Below are positions 17,532 through 23,730 of a stretch of DNA of 23,730 bases, one piece after another. Position 1 is the stretch's first letter; the number at the start of each line of letters is the position of its first letter. The DNA comes from Snowella sp. Lineage in GTDB: Bacteria > Cyanobacteriota > Cyanobacteriia > Cyanobacteriales > Microcystaceae. Under the pieces are notes generated by a model, which was not told the DNA's origin, searched no databases, and saw only the letters and a list, made by a program, of their open reading frames with translations. Made by a program: the position numbers and the translations under genes. Location: the NCBI GenBank assembly GCA_035285545.1, contig JAYKGY010000127.1, forward strand, positions 1 to 23,730, given 5' to 3'.

Positions 17532-17562
17532 ATTCAACCTATTTAGCCAATTAAATCGCGAA

Positions 17563-18759
17563 TTAAATAATACTGCCCCGTTTTCGAGCTTCTTTGTAGG
17601 AAATGCCGACATTTTGCAAGCCACTGCGGAGCATTTGGTGTTCCAGTAAGGCAAAAAATCGGGCGCGATCGCCGCTTCTGACCACCGCTTGATTATGGGC
17701 TTCGGCAATGGCCACAGGATACCCATAGCCTTTATTCACTTGGGCTAACATAATCGCTAAAGATTGGTCTAATAAATGGCTATCTTGGGCAACCCAGGCA
17801 GGAAACTCAATACGAGCAATTTCCGTGCCCACATTGACATAACAAAAATAAATCCGTTGGGATTCAGGATAAAGCTCTAAAATCCGCGCCGAACTTTGCC
17901 AAATAGGACTCCGTTGACCAGGTTCGAGAAAATAACTCCAAAAAGTTGCATCCCGCAATGGATCAAACACTTGACAAGCTCTCTTTTCCTCCGCGATCGC
18001 CTCACAATGTTGTACACAATTGGGTTGTTCATAGCTACAAGCTTCTAACCGCAAAAAGTTCATCGCTTCCGAACTTCGGGCTGCACTCAAGTAACTGATC
18101 AACGGAATTTTATCTTTTCGTAAATCTTCCCAGGCTTCTAGGATCGGCGGTAAAATTTGCTCCCTGGCTTCACTCGGTAGATTTTCCAAAAACCAATAAA
18201 TCAGGGAACCATCCATCATCGCTAAATTGGGTTCTAAATGGGGGCCAGGGGGTCTAACCCAACGGCAGGCCATTTCCGCTAAACATTGGGCTTCTAAAAC
18301 GGTGCGTCGATGGCCCATCCATTCTTCGGTACGAATTCCCCATTGCCTAGAAATATACAAATCTTCGCGGCGATAATAGACTTCAGGAATACTATCGAGC
18401 AGAGGGTGTAAATTCTGCCCATAATGGAGCATGATTCGACCAATATTGATCAAATAACAATAGGCGATTTCGTGGCTAGAGGGCGCAATTTGGGAACCAT
18501 CGGTGGCAAACACACTATGCTTTTGAGGCGGAGCGATAATGGTTTTACGGGTGTCTAACGGTTCGACGGGAATGGCGACACTAAAAAATAGGCGATCGCG
18601 CCAGGTCTGATAACGTTGAATTAAATCCTGTTGCGCTTTTTGGGCTGATAATAATAAATTCTCTGCTTTTTCCAAACGCTGACGACTAGCCGCCACTTCT
18701 TTTTTAAAGTGTTGACTAATCCCTGGCATTTGTCCCGCAAGTTTCGTGAGATCTAGCAT
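17563..18759 (-). CDS. nurA: NurA-family nuclease
   Basis: ATDGSQ (catalytic Asp), MMDGSL, and C-terminal GYP..IAEAHNQAVV. Confidence 0.88.
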   Translation of the reverse strand: MLDLTKLAGQMPGISQHFKKEVAASRQRLEKAENLLLSAQKAQQDLIQRYQTWRDRLFFSVAIPVEPLDTRKTIIAPPQKHSVFATDGSQIAPSSHEIAYCYLINIGRIMLHYGQNLHPLLDSIPEVYYRREDLYISRQWGIRTEEWMGHRRTVLEAQCLAEMACRWVRPPGPHLEPNLAMMDGSLIYWFLENLPSEAREQILPPILEAWEDLRKDKIPLISYLSAARSSEAMNFLRLEACSYEQPNCVQHCEAIAEEKRACQVFDPLRDATFWSYFLEPGQRSPIWQSSARILELYPESQRIYFCYVNVGTEIARIEFPAWVAQDSHLLDQSLAIMLAQVNKGYGYPVAIAEAHNQAVVRSGDRARFFALLEHQMLRSGLQNVGISYKEARKRGSII

Positions 18760-18838
18760 AGGTTGATTTTATAGCACTCCCTGTATTTACGCGGTGTGCA
18801 ACACAAACTAATCTGAAACTAAATCCTTATTATCAAGC

Positions 18839-19051
18839 ATGGAAATTCAACTTCAACTATTTCAATCCCAATCTCTCCAACTCATCGAACAGATGAAACA
18901 AACAGGAGAAGAAATTACATTGACAGAAAATGGTCTACCAATTGCCAAAGTTATTCCCATTCAGCAAAAAAGCTCAAGTTCATTTATAGGTTATATGCAA
19001 GGTAGCGTCCTCATTCATGGCGACATTATTGACCCCATCGATATGGATTGA
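18839..19051 (+). CDS. Phd/YefM-type antitoxin, orphan and possibly C-terminally truncated
   Basis: F......LIEQMKQTGEEITLTENGLPIAKVIP, with tail GYMQGSVLIHGDIIDPID typical of Phd antitoxins paired with PIN toxins. Confidence 0.75.
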   Translation: MEIQLQLFQSQSLQLIEQMKQTGEEITLTENGLPIAKVIPIQQKSSSSFIGYMQGSVLIHGDIIDPIDMD

Positions 19052-19145
19052 TTGAGCAATGGGATCGGGTTGTAAGCCATAATTTGGAAGTAGTGCGTTT
19101 TAATATTGGAACCCTTTCGGTACTTAATTTTCGTTTTAAATTTTT

Positions 19146-21062
19146 ATGACTTTGTTTACCCTGCGATCGCTGAAAAAAGACTTTGGTATTAAAGAAGTTT
19201 TAAAAGACGCTAATTTTAGCCTCGAAGAAGGGGATAAGGTGGGGCTGATTGGTCGGAATGGTTCAGGCAAATCGACCTTGTTAAAAATGATTGCAGGTCT
19301 AGAACCGATTGATGGGGGAGAAGTGTGGATGAATTCTGCTGCCAATATTGTCTATCTGCCCCAACAGCCAGAGATGGATGATAATCATACGGTGTTAGAA
19401 CAGGTTTTTGCCGATAGTAGCGAAAAAATGGCATTAGTGCGGGAATATGAAGCTGTTTCTGAAAAATTAGCCCACCATCAAGGCGATACGGATAAATTAA
19501 TGGCCCGTCTTTCGGCCCTGTCTCAACAAATGGACACGGAAGGAGCCTGGGAATTAGAAACCAACGCCAAAATTATTCTCAATCAATTGGGCATTGAAAA
19601 CCTAGAGGCAAAAGTCGGGTCTCTATCTGGTGGGTATCGCAAACGGATCGCGATCGCGGCCGCCCTACTACGGGAACCCGATGTATTACTTATGGATGAA
19701 CCGACCAACCATCTCGATGCGCTGTCGGTGGAGTGGTTGCAGAGTTACCTCAAACGCTTTCGGGGAGCCTTGTTACTGATTACCCACGACCGTTATTTTC
19801 TCGATCAAGTCACCAATCGTATTTTAGAAATTGATCAAGCCGATCTTTTTTCTTACAGTGGCAATTATGCCTATTACTTAACCAAAAAAGCTGAAGCCGA
19901 AGAATCCGCCCAAAGTAGTCAACGCAAATTTGCAGGGGTCTTACGACGGGAATTGGAATGGTTATCCCGTGGCCCCAAAGCGCGCAGTACCAAACAAAAA
20001 GCACGGATCGATCGCATTCGGGCCATGCAATCCCAAGATTTCAAACAGAATCAAGGTAACGTTGATATCAGTACCGCAGGCCGTCGTATTGGTAAAAAAG
20101 TAATTGATTTGGAAAATATTAGTAAATCCTACGGCGATCGCGTTTTAATAAAAGACTTTACCTATATTTTTAATCCCGAAGACCGCATTGGCATTGTGGG
20201 CAGTAACGGCGCGGGGAAATCCACCCTGATGAATATCATTACAGGACGAGTCGAACCCGATAGCGGCAAAGTAGATATTGGCTCAACCATTCACTTTGGT
20301 TATTTCGATCAGCATTCCGATGACTTAATGCCCAACGGGGAGCAACGGGTTATTGATTACCTCAAAGATGTTGCTGAACTGGTCAAAACGGCTGATGGAA
20401 GCGTGATTACTGCCTCCCAAATGTTAGAACGATTTTTATTTCCCCCTGACCAGCAATATGCACCGATTAATAAGTTATCGGGAGGAGAAAAACGCCGCTT
20501 ATTTCTGTTGCGAGTGCTGATGAGTGCGCCCAATGTTTTAATTTTGGACGAGCCGACCAATGATCTGGATGTGCAAACCTTAGCAATTTTAGAGGACTAT
20601 TTAGAAGATTTTAATGGTTGCGTTATTGTCGTTTCCCACGATCGCTATTTTCTAGACCGTACTGTAGACACGATTTTTGCTTTTGAAGAAGGAGGAAAGT
20701 TACGTCAATATCCTGGCAACTATTCCCTTTACATGGACGTAAAAAAAGCGGAAGAAGCAGCAACCAAAGAAAACGAAGCCCAACGTTCTACGACATCCCA
20801 AAAAGCTAATCCTGTAAAATCTTCACCCCAACCTAACGATAAATCCCGTAAACTCTCGTTTAAAGAAAAACGGGAATACGAAACAATGGAGGATAAAATC
20901 GCGGAAATGGAAACGGAAAAAGCCGAAATTGAAGAAAAGCTATATTCTCATTCCTCGGTAGAATTTTCAGAAATGCAAAAATTAACCGAACGTTTAGCTT
21001 ACTTAACCCACGCGATCGATGAGGCAACGGAACGCTGGTTAGAATTGGCTGCAAGAGCCTAA
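19146..21062 (+). CDS. ABC-F family ATPase, Uup-like
   Basis: Two NBDs (GRNGSGKST/LSGG/DEPTNHLD and GSNGAGKST/LSGGEKRR/DEPTNDLD), inter-ABC linker GPKARSTKQKARI, C-terminal coiled coil KLSFKEKRE...ERWLEL, and no TM segments. Confidence 0.92.
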   Translation: MTLFTLRSLKKDFGIKEVLKDANFSLEEGDKVGLIGRNGSGKSTLLKMIAGLEPIDGGEVWMNSAANIVYLPQQPEMDDNHTVLEQVFADSSEKMALVREYEAVSEKLAHHQGDTDKLMARLSALSQQMDTEGAWELETNAKIILNQLGIENLEAKVGSLSGGYRKRIAIAAALLREPDVLLMDEPTNHLDALSVEWLQSYLKRFRGALLLITHDRYFLDQVTNRILEIDQADLFSYSGNYAYYLTKKAEAEESAQSSQRKFAGVLRRELEWLSRGPKARSTKQKARIDRIRAMQSQDFKQNQGNVDISTAGRRIGKKVIDLENISKSYGDRVLIKDFTYIFNPEDRIGIVGSNGAGKSTLMNIITGRVEPDSGKVDIGSTIHFGYFDQHSDDLMPNGEQRVIDYLKDVAELVKTADGSVITASQMLERFLFPPDQQYAPINKLSGGEKRRLFLLRVLMSAPNVLILDEPTNDLDVQTLAILEDYLEDFNGCVIVVSHDRYFLDRTVDTIFAFEEGGKLRQYPGNYSLYMDVKKAEEAATKENEAQRSTTSQKANPVKSSPQPNDKSRKLSFKEKREYETMEDKIAEMETEKAEIEEKLYSHSSVEFSEMQKLTERLAYLTHAIDEATERWLELAARA

Positions 21063-21113
21063 TTTAAGGATGAGTTTACTCCAACTAACGGCTAAGTCAG
21101 GTTCCTATTACTT

Positions 21114-22082
21114 TTACAAATTGCATAGCCAACGAGAAATAGACGCAACTTGGTTTTCCTCATTTAAGTTTGCGGCATTACTGAGAGTCCCACTCTCCAA
21201 TTGATCCCAAATTTCACTAGCCATTCTTCTCTGAATCGCTGCTCCTACAAAAAATGTAAGTGGTGAATGCCTCGAATCTGCGAATGCTTGTCTTATACGA
21301 TTAAGTGCTGCTTGTGCTGTTTTCCAATGCTCGTCGGCTCCTGCTGGATCTATTCCACCTTTAAGTTCTCCCAATGCAATTGTGTAAGGCTCAACTTCAA
21401 CAGGATCGATTTTGCTAGATCTATTAGCTGACAGTGCTTCTGGCGCAAGGTTGAATAAGCAGAGATCTACATTACTTCTAACCAAAGGAATATTCAAGTT
21501 GTAAATTAAAGTACGCTTGCCAAGATTGTTCTCCCAACTTAGTCCACGCAAAAATAACTCAATGTCAGTATCGTCATTTGTCATCGCTATCCATTTCTTT
21601 GTTTTTGAATGTTGCCAGTAATATCTTTGACCTGCAATTTTAAGCGTTGAAAGAATCGCACGAGTTAGTTTTCTCTGTGCTAAAGCTCCACCAACATTAC
21701 GCATTGAGCCACCAAGCGTATCACCACGAGTCAGTAAAAATCTAAAAACCAACTCCTCTACAAAATTTGAACCTGCTGGCTCAAGAAAATTTTTGATTAA
21801 ACCATTGATGGCATCAGTTTTATCTTCTGGCATCAGATGAGCCAGGGATTTGTCAGATAGCCCCGCCGCAGTTAATAAACCGATCTCAATACCTTGGATG
21901 TTGAATAGATCAACAGGATTTTTTGCTCGATTTGCGGCTTCTTGAAGTACTCTTGCCTCTGTAACATGAGGAGTCGCTCGTCGATTTTTCTCAAGTGCAA
22001 GTGCTACAAAGCCTGCGCGAGTTGCTTCATAGGTTGTGACAAGATCATTACTAGACTGAAGATGATTAAGGTAAGCACTCAT
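21114..22082 (-). CDS. Type II restriction endonuclease, AvaI/BsoBI family (predicted site CYCGRG)
   Basis: [51 protein letters not shown] and [18 protein letters not shown] are recognisable AvaI/BsoBI segments. Confidence 0.92.
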   Translation of the reverse strand: MSAYLNHLQSSNDLVTTYEATRAGFVALALEKNRRATPHVTEARVLQEAANRAKNPVDLFNIQGIEIGLLTAAGLSDKSLAHLMPEDKTDAINGLIKNFLEPAGSNFVEELVFRFLLTRGDTLGGSMRNVGGALAQRKLTRAILSTLKIAGQRYYWQHSKTKKWIAMTNDDTDIELFLRGLSWENNLGKRTLIYNLNIPLVRSNVDLCLFNLAPEALSANRSSKIDPVEVEPYTIALGELKGGIDPAGADEHWKTAQAALNRIRQAFADSRHSPLTFFVGAAIQRRMASEIWDQLESGTLSNAANLNEENQVASISRWLCNL

Positions 22083-22091
22083 AAAATTGGT

Positions 22092-23525
22092 TTACCGTTT
22101 TTTCCATACATATACACACTTTCTTAAAGGATCACGCCCATGATTCCCCATTTGTTGACTACTATTACCTTTATCGTTAGGTAAAACAAGAATATTTTCA
22201 ACGGTAAAACCCAATTTTTCAGCAAAATCTGAAAGAATCATATCGACTGAAATACTTGCGCCTGCATAACGAACATTGTCATTAACCATAAATAATAGTG
22301 CTCCAGGCTTGAGGACACGAGAACATTCCTGTATGATGCAAGCCATTTCATAGAAATAACCTCTAACCATTCTAGGAATTCCATTATTATTTAATATTCC
22401 TTGGAGTTTCTGATTATCTAAATAGCTCAAGATAGCTTGCAATAGCGGTTGTGAATTGGCAATTTCTATTGCTAAACTCCAATTTGGATTGATAGTCAAT
22501 AAGTCTTTTGAGCGGTTTTCGACCGTACAACTTAACATTTCTTGGCGGAGATTGATTAGTTCGTTTTCGGAAATACTTAACAATGCAAGCTCTAACGCAT
22601 AAGTACGAGTATAGTCATATCGGTTGCAATAGGGTGGAGATGTAATAACAGCATCATAGATTGAGTTGGGTAAAGTCGGTAGTAATTTTAGACAAGAACT
22701 TTTGTAAAGCTCGATTTGACCCTGTACTTTTTTAGTCAAAAAAAGTTCTACTTGATGGGTAGATGGCTCCAGATCACTAAGAATTTCTTCAATTTTATGA
22801 GCAATAGCATAATCCAAATCTAGAATTTCACCCTTATTAAAAGACTTTTTGCCTTGCCCGCGATTGGAACGATAATCCCAACGAAGGTATTGTCCATCTT
22901 TACGGGTATAACTGATAGACTCTAAAACACATAGTAAAGCAAAGAATAAAACTTTCTGAACTCTCGCGTTTTCCTGATAGCAAGCTCCAATGTATTGCTC
23001 AATGGCCCTTTTGTTATCTGTTGAATAAGCATTCTTTGTAATCCTAAGTTCGGGTAAACAGACTTTTTTTTCAGACTGTTTCCATAGTTGATAATTTAAC
23101 CATGTTTTGAGACGTGTCAAATCCTGAGATATAAATCGAGTATCAAGGACTTTTTTTGTTTCAATAATATACTGACCAATTGGTAGTAATTCAATTCCAT
23201 CGGCATCTATTCCTAAATTACTAGCGGCAAATAGAGCAGTTCCGCTACCCGCAAAAGGATCTAGTATTTTGCCTTGATCAAATCCATATTTTTGAAACAG
23301 AAATTCAACAAGAGAAGCAGAAAAAGCTTCTTTATATTTGTACCACCGATAAATAGGTCTTGTTTTGTTAGCTTGAAAACTTACCAAAAGCCTAGTGAGT
23401 TCAGGCTGAATTACAAACTTAGATTGAAAATGATTTTTTAATTGTGTGTCAAGGCTGTCAATTTCCTTAAGAGTTATATTTTCTCTTGTAGAAGAAATAT
23501 TGGAGATGGTTGACAGATGTATCAC
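22092..23525 (-). CDS. N4-cytosine DNA methyltransferase, cognate of the AvaI/BsoBI-like endonuclease
   Basis: Motif [11 protein letters not shown] precedes motif IV ITSPPY (SPPY indicates m4C). Ends 9 bp upstream of the REase on the same strand. GTG start. Confidence 0.92.
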   Translation of the reverse strand: MIHLSTISNISSTRENITLKEIDSLDTQLKNHFQSKFVIQPELTRLLVSFQANKTRPIYRWYKYKEAFSASLVEFLFQKYGFDQGKILDPFAGSGTALFAASNLGIDADGIELLPIGQYIIETKKVLDTRFISQDLTRLKTWLNYQLWKQSEKKVCLPELRITKNAYSTDNKRAIEQYIGACYQENARVQKVLFFALLCVLESISYTRKDGQYLRWDYRSNRGQGKKSFNKGEILDLDYAIAHKIEEILSDLEPSTHQVELFLTKKVQGQIELYKSSCLKLLPTLPNSIYDAVITSPPYCNRYDYTRTYALELALLSISENELINLRQEMLSCTVENRSKDLLTINPNWSLAIEIANSQPLLQAILSYLDNQKLQGILNNNGIPRMVRGYFYEMACIIQECSRVLKPGALLFMVNDNVRYAGASISVDMILSDFAEKLGFTVENILVLPNDKGNSSQQMGNHGRDPLRKCVYVWKKR

Positions 23526-23558
23526 AAATATTAATTTCTATAAATTAGATATTTGGAA

Positions 23559-23567
23559 ATTATAACA
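23559..23567 (-). promoter_or_regulatory. Extended -10 promoter (TGTTATAAT) for the M-R operon
   Basis: The minus strand reads TG-T-TATAAT, a perfect TGn + TATAAT, 33 nt upstream of the MTase GTG. Confidence 0.55.
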
Positions 23568-23605
23568 CTCATTACCGATACAAACTCTCACTAATAAGCT
23601 CAACA

Positions 23606-23730
23606 TATAGCAATTCCTTGATAAATGAGGTACAGTAAGAGGACTAAATTTGAGACAAAAGCCATGAAACCCTATTCATTAGATTTTAGAAAGAAAATCT
23701 TAGAAGTCCGTGAAAAAGAAAATCTTTCTG
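23606..23730 (+). mobile_element. Left end of an IS630-family (ISY100-like) element
   Basis: TA target dinucleotide (23606-7), then TAGCAATTCCTTGATAAATGAGG, which resembles ISY100-type termini, then a transposase start. Confidence 0.75.
23664..23730 (+). CDS. N-terminus of an IS630-family transposase (truncated by the window end)
   Basis: MKPYSLDFRKKILEVREKENLS matches the M..YS.D.R.KI HTH start of IS630 transposases. Confidence 0.8.
   Translation, partial: MKPYSLDFRKKILEVREKENLS

Larger units (their letters stand above)
810..20141. repeat. HIP1 (GCGATCGC) highly iterated palindrome, ~31 dispersed copies
   Basis: Manual count with starts at 810, 1593, 1695, 3066, 3756, 4148, 4827, 5091, 5617, 6267, 6394, 6912, 7440, 8324, 10046, 10438, 10799, 12542, 12845, 13235, 13800, 14003, 14222, 15224, 16683, 17665, 17993, 18592, 19163, 19650 and 20134. 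None seen after 20141. Confidence 0.9.

Noticed and set aside
18770..18795. 18/26 ungapped similarity to the IS630 left end (TATAGCA...GGT)
   Set aside because: Borderline by chance, and the core TATAGCA is equally explained as the nurA -10 region on the minus strand.
21063..21113. Possible attC-like site downstream of the restriction gene
   Set aside because: No proper RYYYAAC/GTTRRRY pair or extended stem.
1..23730. CRISPR array, tRNA or rRNA genes
   Set aside because: No regularly spaced repeats or recognisable structural RNA genes seen; the intergenic gaps are short.

Overview
Cyanobacterial chromosomal segment. I counted about 31 HIP1 octamers (GCGATCGC) by eye, and an OCP-N/HCP gene and a cyanobacteriochrome GAF support the assignment. 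It is bounded by the 3' end of an ISKra4-like element on the left and the 5' end of an IS630-like element on the right. In order it carries: a two-gene, four-domain sugar cassette (GT-B glycosyltransferase fused to UDP-galactopyranose mutase; GH1-like hydrolase fused to an RmlD-like reductase); a REC-PAS-CBCR GAF-GAF-GGDEF diguanylate cyclase; a helical carotenoid protein and a rubredoxin; a converging secreted cupredoxin; mtnP; small hypothetical, TolB-like and Uma2 genes; hhoA; a GGT-family gene; TolC; nurA; an orphan Phd-type antitoxin; a Uup-like ABC-F; and an AvaI/BsoBI-like type II R-M pair. The most interesting signals are (1) a red/green-lineage CBCR GAF with a Cys at the DXCF second-Cys position, wired to a cyclase just upstream of an HCP-rubredoxin pair, (2) the doubly fused galactofuranose/glycoside cassette of unknown product, and (3) no CYCGRG site found anywhere in the window, although the R-M cassette itself is HIP1-free. 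All calls come from motif recognition only; no searches were run.
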